From Malacoraja senta (taxonomy: Eukaryota), in NCBI GenBank assembly GCA_038087875.1, contig CM075993.1, positions 4,838,001 through 4,902,000 of the forward strand: DNA of 64,000 nucleotides. The letters run 5' to 3'. Under the pieces are notes generated by a model. The model was not told the origin of the DNA. It ran no database searches and was given only the letters and a program-made list of their open reading frames with translations. Below are positions 24,439 through 38,081 of the stretch, piece after piece; position 1 is the first letter of the stretch; the number at the start of each line of letters is the position of its first letter. The position numbers and the translations under genes were made by a program.

Positions 24439-27400
24439 TTTTCAATTTTTTTTTAAAATTTTTATTATTTTTTTATTTATTAGAAGTACATTACATTACA
24501 ACCACATACATTAGTACTCATCACTTATATCTTCTTACAATTAATGTACTCCGTTTGTTTTTTACACTAGTAAAAGGAAAGGATGAGATTGAAAGAAAGA
24601 AGAAAGTGAAGGAAAAAGTGAGAGTGTAGAAAATGTGACAACAAGAAAGAACGAAGACCCTATAAGAACAAAATTAAAAACAAAAGAAAAAGAGTTAAGA
24701 AATAGACCCTAGAAAAGAAGGAGAAAGAGAAAGAGGAAAAAGAGAGAAACAAATAGTTTTTATGAGCATTACGCAAATGGGACATACCAACTCTCCAACT
24801 ATCATCCCCCCTTACCTGACCTCAATTTTTTTTTAAGGTACCTTTGCACCCTATATTTGTAATAATTCTATAAATGCAGACCACGTCAGGTGGAAGTGAT
24901 CTGGTTTACCTGCCAGGAGGAGTCTTATCTCTTCTAGGTGTAATGTTTCGAACATATTTGAAATCCACATGTTTATAGTTGGTATTGGAGCCTTCTTCCA
25001 AAATTTTAGGATTAGCTTTTTTCCAGTTATTAACCCATAGTCTATTAGTTTCTTTTGAAACACATTTAGTTCTGGACTATCTTCCGTTATTCCGAAGATA
25101 ATCCATTCTGCTTTGGGTATCAGCTTTATTTTAAATAATTTTGTAAAGATTTTGAAAATTTCATTCCAACATTTTTGAATTTATGTACAGAAAACAAATG
25201 GGTGCGCTATAGTAGCTTCTTGGGATTGACATTTATCACAAATGGATGATACATTTGGGAAAATGTTATGGATTTTAATTTTGGAATAATATAATCTATG
25301 TAAAATTTTTAATTGTATTAAAGTGTGTCTTACATTAATCGAACATTTATGCACGTTTAATAAGTGTTCATTCCAACTTTCCTTTGAAATTTTAATAGCT
25401 AACTCTTGTTCCCAGTCTCTTCTGATACCCTCCGTAGATGGTATTTCTACATTTAAGATAATATTATACAAATATGATATTAAGTTTGCTGATTCAGCTT
25501 TTATCTGCATTGCCTCATCCAATACATCTGCTGGGTTATTATAATGATCTTTTGTATATTTTTTCAAATAGTCGCATATTTGAAAATATTTAAAATAATG
25601 ATTATTTCCCAGTTTATATTTTATTTGTAATTGTTGAAATGAAAGTAATTTTCCAGTTTCATACAAGTCACCGAACGTTTTAATTCCTAGTCTATCCCAA
25701 TGTGTAAAAGCTTTATCTATAATAGAGGGATTAAACGAAGGGTTATTAACTATGGGTGATAAAAGTGATAAATTTCTTAATTTTAAATTTTGTTTTATTT
25801 GTTTCCAAATTCGGATTGTGCTATGAATAATTGGGTTCTTATTATAATTTATATTATTCAGTTTCATTGGTGAGAGGAGGATCGCTCCAATGTTTCCAGA
25901 GGAGCAATCCTCTTTCTCCATTACAATCCAGTCCACTTGCTGGGCAGAGTTATCCATCAGTTGAATCATATTTTTAATATTTACTGACCAATAATAATAC
26001 ATAAAATTAGGTAGTGCTAAACCCCCTAATACTTTAGGTTTATTCAAGTGAGTTTTTTGTATTCTATGTGATTTATAGTCCCATATAAAATTAGTGATAT
26101 CTGAGTCCAGTTTAAAAAAAAACTTCTTTGGTAAGTATATAGGAATCGATTGAAATAGGTATAAAATTTGTGGTAGAAAGATCATTTTTATTGCATTTAT
26201 TCAGCCTATTAAAGACATCGGGAGCGTTTTCCAGAATTTAATTAATGTGTTTAATTTATTAAGTAGGGGATCAAAATTTGCCTTAAACATACCTTGATAT
26301 GTTCTAGTAATTTCGATTCCCAAGTATTTAAATTTTTCTGTAGCTATTTTAAAAGGGAATTTTAAAAGATGTGTTGAATCTTTCGGTTTTATTGACATAA
26401 TTTCACTTTTATTCCAATTTATTCTATATCCAGAAAAAGATCCAAAGTCTTCAATTAAATTTAATATAGTTGGTATAGTGATTTGAGGTTTTGTAATGTA
26501 CAGTAATATATCATCCGCGTATAAAGATATTTTATTATATGAATCTTTAGTATTATAACCATGGATATCAGGGTGTATTCTAATTTTTTCTGCTAGCGGT
26601 TCAATAATGAGAGCAAAGAACTGTGGTGATAATGAGCATCCTTGTCTATTTCCCCTTGATATTTGGAATTTCGAGGATAATATGTTATTAGTTAATATTC
26701 TAGCTGTAGGTTTATTATATAATAATTTGATCCATAGAATAAAATTCTCTCCCAGTTGGAATTTTTGTAATACTTTATCCATATAATTCCATTCTACTTG
26801 GTCAAATGCTTTTTCAGCATCCAGCGAAATAATTGATAATTCTTGATCTTCAGATTTGTGTGAGTGCATTATGTTGAGTAAACGTCTCATATTGTTAGAT
26901 GAGTATCTCTTAGGGATAAACCCCGTCTGATCTGGGTTTATTAATTTACTAATGTATTTACTTAATCTTCTAGCTAATGTTTTCGCTAATATTTTTTGAT
27001 CTGTGTTTAACAATGCTATAGCTCTATATGAACCCGGTTCTTCTAAATCTTTGTCTTTCTTAAGTATTAGTATAATCGTTGATTCCGCTAATGTATCAGG
27101 TAGTATTTGTTTTTTAAAAACATATTGGTACATTTTTTGTAATCTAGGTATTATTTTATCATAAAAGCTTTTATAAAATTCATTAGTAAATCCATCAGGA
27201 CCTGGTGTTTTTCCATTCTTTAGTGAGTTTATTGTATCTTCTAATTCCTTAATTGAAATTTGTGCACCCAATTCCTCTTGTTCCTTCAGCTCTAACTTTG
27301 GAAGATTACAATTATCCAAAAACTTTGTGATATTATTGGAATCAATTGTCGTTTTAGATGTATACAAATTCTCATAAAATTGCGCAAATCTTTTATTAAT

Positions 27401-27472
27401 ATCCTTCGGTGTTGTTAATAATTCCCCTTTATCTGATTTAATCTTTGGGATAGTATGTTCCTTTTCTCGTTT
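24439..27472 (-). mobile_element. L1/Tx1-clade LINE, 5'-truncated, frameshifted ORF2 (RT and C-terminal CCHC region)
   Basis: ORFs 26201..27367 (KTPGPDG, LDAEKAFD, GNRQGC, YADD), 25181..26185, 24851..25063; TSD TTTAGAATTCT at 24428-24438 and 27473-27483. Confidence 0.93.
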
Positions 27473-27483
27473 TTTAGAATTCT

Positions 27484-28398
27484 AAAAGACAGATGGTGTA
27501 TACCTTTTATATATACACAATTCGTCGATTAACGTTAGACATACGTTAAATCCAATTTAAAATACTGCATAGACTCTACTATTCAAAGTCTAAACTGCAT
27601 AAGATCTTTCCAAATGTATCTCCTATTTGTGACAAATGTCTCCTTCAAGAAGCAACTATAACACATTCCTTCGCCTTGCATAAAATTACATAATTTTTGG
27701 AGAGGAATTTTTGAAATTCGCTCAAAAACACTAAAAACAAAATTGGACCCCGACACGGAATTGATTATTCTAGGAACGTCAGAAGCCTGCTCTGAGCTAT
27801 CAATATTTCAAATTTCCTCAATTATTTCCTCAAATATTTCAATATTTCCTCAATTATGGCCTGATAACGGCGAAAAAAACGAATACTCAAATTTTTAAAC
27901 ATACATCTGTCCCTACTCTTAAAATGTGGATTACAAACATGTCTGAGACGCTACATCTTGAAAATATTAGACTTGTCTTAGCAGAAAAACCAGGGCATTT
28001 TTCGAAGACATGGACACCATTCATTGATTTATTACAAGGATAGTATGGTACAACACAATGTTGGAGTTAAATCTAATTACGGGTTGGGTGATGGGTGGGG
28101 AGGGATGCGAGGCAGGTATATCATCACCTTTTGTTTTTCTTTCTGTTTTTTGTCTTTTTATTTCTCGACGTCTTCCTTATTTCTTTTACTTACTCACTCG
28201 TTGGCTACACTAGTTTGGCAGTCTAGGGGTTCTATCCTTGCACATTCCACTTTTTCTCTCTCTTGCTTTTTCTCTCTTCTTTTCTCTTAACTATAGCTAA
28301 AAGTCAAAATGGAAGCTGCACAATAACTGTATTATGTCATATGCCGCTGGTTATATTTTTGTACACTTGTTTCTAATAAATTAAAAAAAAAAATAATA
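27484..28398 (+). mobile_element. Related L1/Tx1-clade 3' fragment, decayed
   Basis: encodes ..FKILHRLYYSK..ICDKC.. like the adjacent minus-strand element; AATAAA plus poly-A at ~28375. Confidence 0.8.
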
Positions 28399-29112
28399 AT
28401 AAGTTGAGTTTACTGTCAAAGGCATAAGTACAGTGAGGTACAGGTACAATGACGATCTTGCAGCAACTTCACAGGCACAATAAACTAAGCTAATACACTC
28501 TTGATTTCCTATGGAGCTTTTTAACATACAAGGTCTAACTAATCTATGATGAGGAAGTGTTTGCAGTTTTTAAAATGAAATGAATTTTATCTGGTTGCCA
28601 CTCCACCATCTTTCTTTTTGAATGGTCCTGTGATGTTCCTCCATCTACAGGTTCGATCCTGACCTCGGGTGCTGTCTGTGTGCAGTTTGCACGTTCCCTT
28701 ATGATCACGTGGGTTTCCTCCGGTTCCCTCCCATACTTCCTCATCATAGATTAGATTTAAATAACAATTAGATTTTGTAGTCAATGCCTCCTATGTTCTG
28801 TTGTGCTGAAGCAAAGCAAGAATTTCATTGTCCTATCAGGGACACATGACAATAAACTCTCTTGAACTTGAACTTGAGGTTAAAAAGCTCCATAGGAAAT
28901 CAAGAGTGTATTAGCTTAGTTTAGATTATTGTCACATGTACTGAGGTACAGTGAAAAACATTTTTGGTGCGTGCTGTTCCAGTCACCAGAAAGACTATAC
29001 ATGATTATGATCAAGCTGTCAACAGTGTACAGATACAGGATTAAGTGAATAAGTTTAGTGCGAGGTAAAGTCCGATGAATGATTGCCCGAGGGTTTCCAA
29101 TGAGGTAGATAG

Positions 29113-29525
29113 CAAAGATCCTATAGCGGAGCAAGATAGATCACTCCTTCTGAATGCAATGGGCTGACGTGTAGTAAGCAACGGAACGGAACGTGGGCCT
29201 TTTTTTCATCCATTCCCGTAACCGGACCCAACCCGACCAGACCCAACCCGACCCGACTCGCAGTGTAATCAACGTTACGGGGGAACAGTTTGTGTTAATA
29301 AATTAAAATTCTGAAAATTTTTACCAAAGAACTTTGATTTTTACGAGGATGTTTCCGTAACCGGCTTCCATCTCAGCAGTAGTATCTTTGCTCCGCTATG
29401 GGATCTTTGGTGCGGAGACGGAAGCCGGTTACGGAAATGGGGCCGAACATTAGCCATGAATCTGCCCAAGACCGTACTACGTCTTTTTCGTCGAGTGGTC
29501 TATCTTGCTTGCTACAGGATATTTG
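29113..29525. mobile_element. hAT-type MITE
   Basis: TIR CAAAGATCCTATAGCGGAGCAAGATAGATCACTC / GAGTGGTCTATCTTGCTTGCTACAGGATATTTG; perfect 8-bp TSD GTAGATAG at 29105-29112 and 29526-29533. Confidence 0.85.
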
Positions 29526-30371
29526 GTAGATAGTAGATCAGGACTGCTCTCTAGTTGGTGAGAGGACGGTTCAGATGCTGATAACAGCTGGGAAGAAACT
29601 GTCCCTGAATCTGGAGACATGCGTTTTCCCACTTCTCTGCCTCTTGCCTGATGGGAGAGGGGAGAAGAGGGAGTGACCGGGGTGAGACTCAACCTTGATT
29701 ATGCTCTGAGATTTCTTGAGGTCTTGGATAGAGCTGTTGTCAAACAGTAATTATCTTGTTTAAGAAGGAACTGCAGATGCTGGAAAATCGAAGGTAGACA
29801 AAAATGCTGGAGAAACTCAGCGGGTGAGGCGTTGCCTATTTCCTTCGCTTCATAGATGCTGCCTCACCCGCTGAGTTTCTCCAGCATTTTTGACTACCAG
29901 TAATTTTCTTGTCCTTATAGGGACATTCTCTTTGGCCCATTATAATTGCAAAGGAACTGTTCTGGATTTCTGATGAAAGTTGTAAAAATAATCTTCGACT
30001 TTTCTCAAAGTGCGTGGTTGGATACTCAAATCTCTGGAGCATTCCTGTTCCAATCGTTTCTCTTCAGCAAATATAGGTTTTGTTTAACGTGTTAGTTAAT
30101 TAGCACTTTGCTTAAAAAAAGAGTTGACTCATTTGCAGCAGAACACTTCTTGGCACAGCATGTGTTCATTTCCTGCCTGTTAAAATAGCTTGTGGTTGTT
30201 ACTGCAGCAAGATAGGAAATGATGGGACTGATGGAAAAAGTGCACTTGTTAAACATCAAAGTTGTTTCAGCAGGATATGGGTCACACTCTTGGTATCTGA
30301 AGACCATTCTTAATCTGTTCTGGACAACTTCAATCCTGAGCTACAGTGGGAGGTTGGGCAGGCTAGGACTT

Positions 30372-31138
30372 AGATAGAGTCATACAGCGTGGAAACAGGC
30401 CCTTCGGCCCAACTTGCCCATGCTGGCCAACATGTCCCATCTACTCCCAATTCTCCCAATTCTGTTAGCCCTTGCTGTCTCCTCCCCTTCCCCAGCCCTC
30501 GGGCTGTCTCCTCCCATCCCTCAGCCCTCGGGCTCCTCCTCCGCCTTTTTCCTTTCTTCTCCCCACCCCCCATCAGTATGAAGAAGGGTTTCGGCCCGAA
30601 ACGTTGCCTATTGCCTTCGCTCCATAGATGCTGCTGCACCCGCTGAGTTTCTCCAGCATTTTTGTGTACCTTCGATTTTCCAGCATCTGCAGTTCCTCCC
30701 TAAACACATCCCATCTACATGTCCCATCTGAAAGCGTTTGGCTCGTATCCCTCCAAACCTGTCCCATCCATGTACCTGTCTAACTATCCAGTCCCTGCCT
30801 CAACTACCTCCCGTGGCAGCTCGTTCCACACACCCACCACCCTTTGTGTGACAAAGTTACCCCTCAGATCCCCATTAAATCTTTTTCCCTTCACCTTGAA
30901 CCTATGTCCTCTGGTCCTCGATTCCCCTTCTCTGGACAACTCTGTGCATCTACCCGATCTATTCCTCGATCTATATGCATCTACCCGATCTATATGATTT
31001 TATACACCTCTATAAGATCACCCCTCATCCTCCTGCACTCCAAGGAATAGAGTCCCAGCCTACTCAACCTCTCCCTATAGCTCAGACCCTCGAGTCCTGG
31101 CAACATCCTCGTAAATGTTCTCTGTACCCTTTCCAGCT
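30372..31138 (-). mobile_element. CR1 3' fragment (third subfamily) interrupted by a Penelope-like repeat at ~30446-30706
   Basis: similar to 43838-44373 and reverse complement of 57121-57538. Confidence 0.75.
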
Positions 31139-31997
31139 TCATTCATTGGAGTGCAGGAGGTTGAGGGGTGAACTTATAGAGGTGTATAAAACCATGAAGG
31201 GAATAGCTGGGGTGATTCCACTATTGTTCCTAGGGAGAGGAATCGAGAACGAGAGGGTGTAGGATTAATGTGAGATTAAAGGAAAGATTTAACAAGAACC
31301 TGAGGGGCAACTTTTTCCACACAGAGGATGGTGGTTATAGAGAACGAGCTGCAGAGGAAGTATTTGAAGATTGACACAAAAAGCTGGAGTAACTCAGTGG
31401 GACAGGCAGCATCTCTGGAGAGAAGGAATGGATGACGTTTCGGGGCGAGTCCCTCCTAGTAGTTAAGGCTGGTACAACATTTCAAAGACTTTTGGACAGA
31501 TACATGAATAAGAAAAGTTTAGAGAGATATGGGCAAAATGTGGGAAAATGGGGCTAGTTTACAAAGGGGCATTCTGTTTGGCATGGATGAGTTTGGGCTG
31601 AAGGACCTGTTTCCATGCTGAAAGACTCATTACAGGTTTATATGCCTGGATAGACACAAAATGCTGGAGTAACTCAGCGGGACAGGCAGCATCTCTGGAG
31701 AGAAGGAGTGGGTGATGTTTCGGGTCAAGACCCTTCTTCAAAAGGCCTTTTTCCTTTCTTCTCCCCACCCCCCATCAGTCTGAAGAAGGGTTTCGGCCTG
31801 AAACGTTGTCTATTTCCTTCGCTCCATAGATACTGCTGCACCCGCTGAGTTTCTCCAGCATTTTTGTGTACCTTCGATTTTCCAGCATCTGCAGTTAAAC
31901 AGAAAATGTTCTGGGTCTGGTCCCTTCAGATTGATGTTCTGACCTGTCCAATCCCTCCATAGATGCTGCCTGACCCGCTCAACATTCCAATATCTGC

Positions 31998-32310
31998 AGT
32001 TTAGTTTAGTTTGGAGATACAGCGCTGAATCAGGCCCTTCGGCCCACCGAGTCTGCGCAGACCGGCGATCCCCGCACATTAACACTACCCTACACACACT
32101 AGGGACAATTTACACTTATACACAAGCTGATTAACCTACAAACCTGTACGTCTTTGAAGTGTGGGAGGAAACCGAAGATCTCGGAGAAAACCCACGCGGT
32201 CACAGGGAGAACGAACAAACTCTGTACAGACAGCACCCGTAGTCGGGATCGAACCCGGGTCTCTGGCGCTGCAAGCGCTGTCAGGCAGCAACTCTACCGC
32301 TGCGCCACTG
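31998..32310 (-). mobile_element. tRNA-derived V-SINE (HE1-like), near full length
   Basis: reverse-complement A/B boxes, V-domain, (CTAAA)n tail. Confidence 0.88.
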
Positions 32311-32332
32311 TTTGTTGTTTGTTGTTTGTATA

Positions 32333-32489
32333 TAAAATCTAAAAAGTTACAGGAATGGGGGTAGAACAGCAAGGATGATTGGACAAAAAATCTAAAAAGT
32401 TACAGGAAGGGGGTAGAACAGTAAAAATGGTAAAATCTAAAAAAGTTACAGGAAGGGGGTAGAACAGCAAGGATGATTGGACAAAAAAC
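32333..32489. repeat. Imperfect ~45-55 bp tandem repeat (3 units)
   Basis: AAAATCTAAAAAGTTACAGGAA(T)GGGGGTAGAACAG repeated three times. Confidence 0.8.
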
Positions 32490-34097
32490 AGGCGTGTTGC
32501 TGGACATATACTCAGTGAGCACAAGGAAACAAGTTTATTGTTTTGTTCAAATTCTTGCATCTGCTGTACCTTGTGCCTCCAGAAAAATCATTTTTCAAAA
32601 TACTTGAAATTATTTATATTCTAAGAAGTATGCAGAGCAAATTTGCGTTAATGGAAAAACACTGCACTTTAAAAAATGTATTTACATCGAAAATAATTAT
32701 CAGCACATGGAAATATTGCTGTGACTAAATCTGAATTTCGACACCTCACTATTTCCAATAAAGTTGTGGTTTATGCAAATTGTTGTTGGTATATTATTGT
32801 TAGATGTACTGAGATGCTATTAAAAAAACTTGTTTTGCACGCTGTTCAGGCACATCATATCAAAGCATGAGGGCAATCTTGTCACATGTGAGTGCAACAG
32901 GTAGTGCAAATAGTGAACCTCCCCCTTGGGAAGGAACTAGTTGTGACTTCAGGAGGTGGGGTGGAGTACATACCCCAGTCTGCATCAATGGTGATGAAGC
33001 GAAGATGGCTGAGATTATGTATGTCGAACTCTTTGGTAAATTTACCAAAGATAGACACAAAATGCTGGTAACTCAGCAGGACAGGCAGCATCTCTGGAGA
33101 GAAGGAGTGGGTGATGTTTCGGGTCAAGACCCTCCTTCAAAATTCAGACCCGTCTGAAGAAGGGTTGTCCATTCCTTCCCCCTCCCCCAGAGATGCTGTC
33201 CCGTCCCGCTGAGTTACTCCAACATTTTGTGTCTATCTTCGGTTTAAGCCAGCATCTGCAGTTCCTTCCTACACATCCTGTAAATTGACCAAGTTTGTGT
33301 CAAGGTCCAGCCGCATTGAAGTTACGGCCAAGATAGCACGAGAAAGGAGACTGAGGAAACTTGGCATGTCTCCAGTGACTCCTGCCAACTTCTACAGGTG
33401 TGTGTCAGAAAGCATCCAGGATACATCGCAACTCTGCTCAGCCCAAGACTGCAAGAAAATCGCAGAGAGTTGTGGATGCAGCCCGGTCCATCACACAAAC
33501 CCGCCTTCCCCATTGACTCCATCCACACTTTGCGCTGCCTCGGGAAAGCAGCCAACATAATCCAGGACCTTTCTCACCCGGTCGACTTAGTAGCTGATAA
33601 CCAAAGCCAAACACAAAAAGCTGGAGAAACTCAGCGGGTCAGACAGCATCTCGGGAGAAAAGGAATAGGTGACGTTTTGGCTTGAAACCCTTCTTCAGAT
33701 ATTCTTTTGGTGTTTAGGGCAAAGGTCTCCCATGGTTCATAATAAACCCCAGGATCTCATCTGGAGCTGTTCTTTGTCCTTGCCCCCAATGAGGTTTTGG
33801 AAGCCACTGAACCGGTAACAACAGGAAAGCCATAAACATCAGAAATGAGGAACCAGTGCACAGTCGAACTATGCGCTTGCAGTTTCAAAATGACACTGCT
33901 TACGTGTTTTACAAGAAAATTATTAAATGGATACCAGTGATCGATTCCTGGCATTAAGCAGAATGTGTAATTAACATTTACAACTAAGGTTAGACTGCAA
34001 CAGCGTGTACTAATGCTTCAGTCTTTATTGAGCAGCATTGAAAGTGGTAAATTGTGTCTCTCCAGTGTTTGATATGCTGGAGTAACTCAGCGGATGA

Positions 34098-34284
34098 AGG
34101 GCCTGTCCCACTTGGGCGCCATTTGCGCGTCACACGGTTGGAGCGCGAAGATTTTGTGAGTCCCAAAATCCTGGGGCGCCGCGCTCGACCGCGCATCACT
34201 GCCTACGCCACCACATCTCACCATGCGCGCGTAAATTATGTTGCGTAAATGACGCGCAAATAACGCCCAAGTGGGACAGGCCCT
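34098..34284. mobile_element. PIF/Harbinger-type MITE
   Basis: TIR AGGGCCTGTCCCACTTGGGCG..; flanks TGA/TTA; inserted in a Penelope-like repeat. Confidence 0.8.
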
Positions 34285-34299
34285 TTAGGCAGCATCCCT

Positions 34300-34606
34300 G
34301 GTAGAGCTGTTGCCTCACTGCACCCGAGACACAGGTTCAATCCTGATTGCAGGTGCTGTCTATGCGGAGTTTCTACGTTCTCCCTGTGACCACATGGTTT
34401 CCTCCTGGTGCTCCGGCTTCCTCCCACATTCCAAAGGCGCAGATTTGTCGGTTTCATTGGCTTCTGTAAATTGCCCCTCATGTGTAAGATGCGAAAGTGG
34501 AATAACATAGAACTAGTGTTGGGGTGATCGATGGTTGGCGTGGACTCGGTGGGCTGAAGGGCCTGTTTCCATGCTGTATCTCTAAAACTAAAACTAAAAA
34601 CTAAAG
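34300..34606 (+). mobile_element. tRNA-derived V-SINE (HE1-like)
   Basis: V-domain GGTGCTCCGGCTTCCTCCCAC and CR1-type tail. Confidence 0.8.
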
Positions 34607-35805
34607 TGGATGGGTGATGTTTTGTGTCTGAAATACCAAAAATGACACCTATCTATGTTCTCCAGAGATGCTGCCTGGTCCGCTGAGTTTCTCCAGCATT
34701 TGGTGTCTTTCTTTCCTTCTTTCATTCAATAATATTGGTACTTTAGAACAGTGGTTGTATAAACACTTTGCACTGTATCTAAATTAGAAACTTTCAGTCA
34801 TTGGAGAATAATGCGAGAGGAATCCACACCCTTTTGATCTCTCCCTTGTACAACGTTAATAATCGTCCATTGCAGATTCAATATCAAGTGGGGCAGGTGG
34901 ACAGGACCTACTCCAACCCCACTAGTGAAGGAGATTTCCAACAATGGAATGATAACTCAGTTGATCGGAAAGAACTGCAGATGCTGGTTTAAATCGAAGG
35001 TAGACACAAACTGCTGGAGCAACTCAGCGGGACAGGCAGCATCTCTGGAGAGGAGGAACGGGTGACGTTTCGGGGCCAGACCCTTCCTCAGACAGATCTG
35101 CAGTTCTTTGTGAAATTGGTACTGGAATTTGGCGGAGAAGTGCAAACTCAAAACTTGTGACCATGTTTACAGAACTCCATTTACCTCTCCCACTACCTCA
35201 GCAAGGGCCGGTTTCACTCCCTCTTCTCCCCTCTCCCATCAGGCAAGAGGTACAGAAGTTTGAAAACACCTTCCTTCAGATTCAGATTCAGGAATAATTT
35301 CTTCCCAGCTATAATCTGGCAACCAAACCGTCCTCTGACTGGCTAGAGTGTGGTCCTGACCTCCCATCTACTTCGTTGGAGACATTTAGACTACCTTCAA
35401 TTAGACTTTATTGGACTTTATCTTGCACTGAATCGTATACCCTTTATCCTGGATCTCCAGCTTTTTGTGTCTACCTTCGGTTTAAACCAGCATCTGCAGT
35501 TCCTTCCTCCACATTCTATCCACTGTGGACGGCTGGATTGAAATCATGTATAGTCTTTTCGCTGACTGGATAGAACGCGACAAAACGCTTTTCACTGTAT
35601 CTCGCGAAACGTGACGATGGAAAACTAAACTAAACTAAGAACGATATCACGCAAATGAAGTTCAATGATGTTTCATCTCTTGCTCCAACCATTGCAAAGT
35701 GACGGAGTGTGACTGTAATATAAATGGTTCTGTTATTAGGCAGAGAAATAAAGGACTTCCTCGCTAACTGCATACTAATGAAGTCTGCTCTCTCCTCGAT
35801 TTCAG

Positions 35806-35840
35806 TACCCTGCGAATCGCTTTTGACAGCCTAAAGCAAC
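35806..35840 (+). CDS. PSTPIP1: PSTPIP1 exon 4 (TLRIAFDSLKQ)
   Basis: acceptor atttcag, donor GTAAGT; FDSLKQ motif. Confidence 0.93.
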
Positions 35841-36851
35841 GTAAGTAGCAACAGTTTGACTGTTTCTGACAAATACCAGTGGTACGTTGAAGGAATTTTC
35901 CCAGTGTTAATGTCTTTGCAAAAGCAAATTCTAAAGTTTAAACTGAACTTGAATCAGTGTGTGGCAGCATGCAACACACAATCCTGTACTTTTCAGAAGT
36001 GTTTTTGCTCTCGAGTCATTCAGCTTGGAAGCAAGTCCTTTGGCCACCAAATGTCTGCTATCAATCACCCATCTACACTCTTTTACTCTGCCCACATTCT
36101 CAGCAATTCCCTTCCCCTGACTCTCAGTCTGAAGAAGGGTCTCGACCCGAAATGCAACCTATTCATTCTCTCCAGAGATGCTGCCTGACCCGCTGAGGTT
36201 ACTCCAGCGTTTTGTGTCTATCCCCTCTCTACCATGGTGTCTACACACTACAGGCCATGTACAGAGGCCAGTACATCTGCCGCCAACACGTCTTTGGGAT
36301 GTGGGAGGAAACCAGAGCACCTGGAGGAACCTCGCAACGTCACAGGGAAATCTCGGGCACTTTCTGTTGGAGTTTGCAAGTTCTCCCAGTGTCATCGTGG
36401 GTTACCCACCCCCCCCCCCCCCACCCCCACCCCGGGTACTTTGATTTCCACCCACATCGTAAAACGATAGACAATAGACAATAGGTGCAGGAGTAGGTCA
36501 TTTGGCCCTTCGAGCTAGCACCGCCATTCAATGTGATCATGACTGATCATCCCCAATCAGTACCCCGTTCCTGCCTTCTTCCCTATATCCCCTGACTCCG
36601 CTATTTTTAAGAGCCCTATCTAGCTCTCTCGCCTTGCACATCCCAGTAAGGGTGTGCGGGTTGGGAGGTTAATTAACCACTAAGTTTGCCCCAGTGCGTA
36701 GGTGTTGGTACAATCTGGGGACAGTCGATGAATAAGTGGAGAGAATAAAGGGATTAAAGTGGAACTAAAGTAAATGGGTGATAGATGGTTGGCTTGGATT
36801 CTGGTGAACCGATGGGTCTGTTTCCGTGCTATAGGACTCAACGACTGTATT

Positions 36852-37145
36852 CAGTATAGTTTAGAGACACAGTGCGGAAACAGGCCCTTTGGCCCACTGA
36901 GTCCGCACTAACCAGCGATCCCCGCACACTAACACCACCCTACACACACTAGGGACAATTTTACATTACCTACAAATCTGTACACCTTTGAAGTGCGGGA
37001 GGAAACCGAAGATCTCAGAGAAAACCCACACAGGTCACGGGGAGAACGTACAAACTCCGTACAGACAGCACCCATAGTCAAGATCGAACCGGGGTCTCTG
37101 GCGCTGTGAGGCAGTAGCTCTACCGCTGCGCCACCATGCCGCCCC
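36852..37145 (-). mobile_element. tRNA-derived V-SINE (HE1-like)
   Basis: near-identical to 31998-32310. Confidence 0.85.
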
Positions 37146-37237
37146 TAAGTATTTTGATGGGGGTTAAACAGTGTCACTATGGGTGAAGAATATGAGGGTG
37201 GATTTAATGATTCTTGCTGCACCTTTGGCTATTTCAG

Positions 37238-37344
37238 AGCTGGAAAATATCGGAAACCTACACATTCAGCTGGGTGCTGACCTAAAAGAGGAGGCAAGGC
37301 GACTGGAGGATTTCCGAGAGAGGCAGAAGGAGACACGGAAGAAG
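37238..37344 (+). CDS. PSTPIP1: PSTPIP1 exon 5 ([35 protein letters not shown])
   Basis: within ORF 37171..37368; acceptor atttcag, donor GTAAAA. Confidence 0.95.
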
Positions 37345-37501
37345 GTAAAAATGATGATAGAGTCATAGAGTGACACAGTGCGGAAACATGCCCTTTGGCC
37401 CAACTTGCCCACGCCGGCCAACATGTCCCAGCTACACTAGACCCGACTGTCCGCGTTTGACCCATACCCCTCCAAACCTGTCCTATCCATGTACCTGTCT
37501 A

Positions 37502-38081
37502 CGTTTCGGCGCCACTGGTTCGGCGCCTCCATTTATAATATCTGTACTCATCAGAACCCTATCCCTAACCCTAACGCTAACCCTAACCCGAACCCTAACC
37601 CTAACCCTAACCCTAACCCTAACCCTAACCCTAACCCTAACCCTAACGCTAACCCTAACCCGAACCCTAACACTATCCCTAACCCTAACCCTAACCCTAA
37701 CCCTAACCCTAACTCATCAGAACCCTATCCCTAACCCTAACCCTAACCCTAACCCTAACCCTATCCCTAACCCTAACCCTAACCCTAACCCTAACCCTAA
37801 CCCTAACCCTAACCCTATCCCTAACCCTAACCCTAATCCTAACACTAACCCTAACCCTAACCCTAACCCTAACCCTAACCCTAACCCTAACCCTAACCCT
37901 AACCCTAACCCTAACCCTAACCCTAACCCTATCCCTAACCCTAACCCTAATCCTAACACTATCCCTAACCCTAACCCTAACCCTAACCCTAACACTATCC
38001 CTAACCCTAACCCTAATCCTAACACTATCCCTAACCCTAACCCTAACACCCCAAAACGGCAGCGCCGAATGGTACCATTCC
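37502..38081. mobile_element. Putative non-autonomous element carrying telomeric repeats, 9-bp TSD
   Basis: ACCTGTCTA at 37493-37501 and 38082-38090; interrupts a minus-strand CR1 3' fragment. Confidence 0.6.
37555..38047. repeat. Interstitial telomeric repeat (CCCTAA)n with variant units
   Basis: ~490 bp of CCCTAA with CCCTAT, CGCTAA, CCCGAA, CACTAT and TCCTAA variants. Confidence 0.98.
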
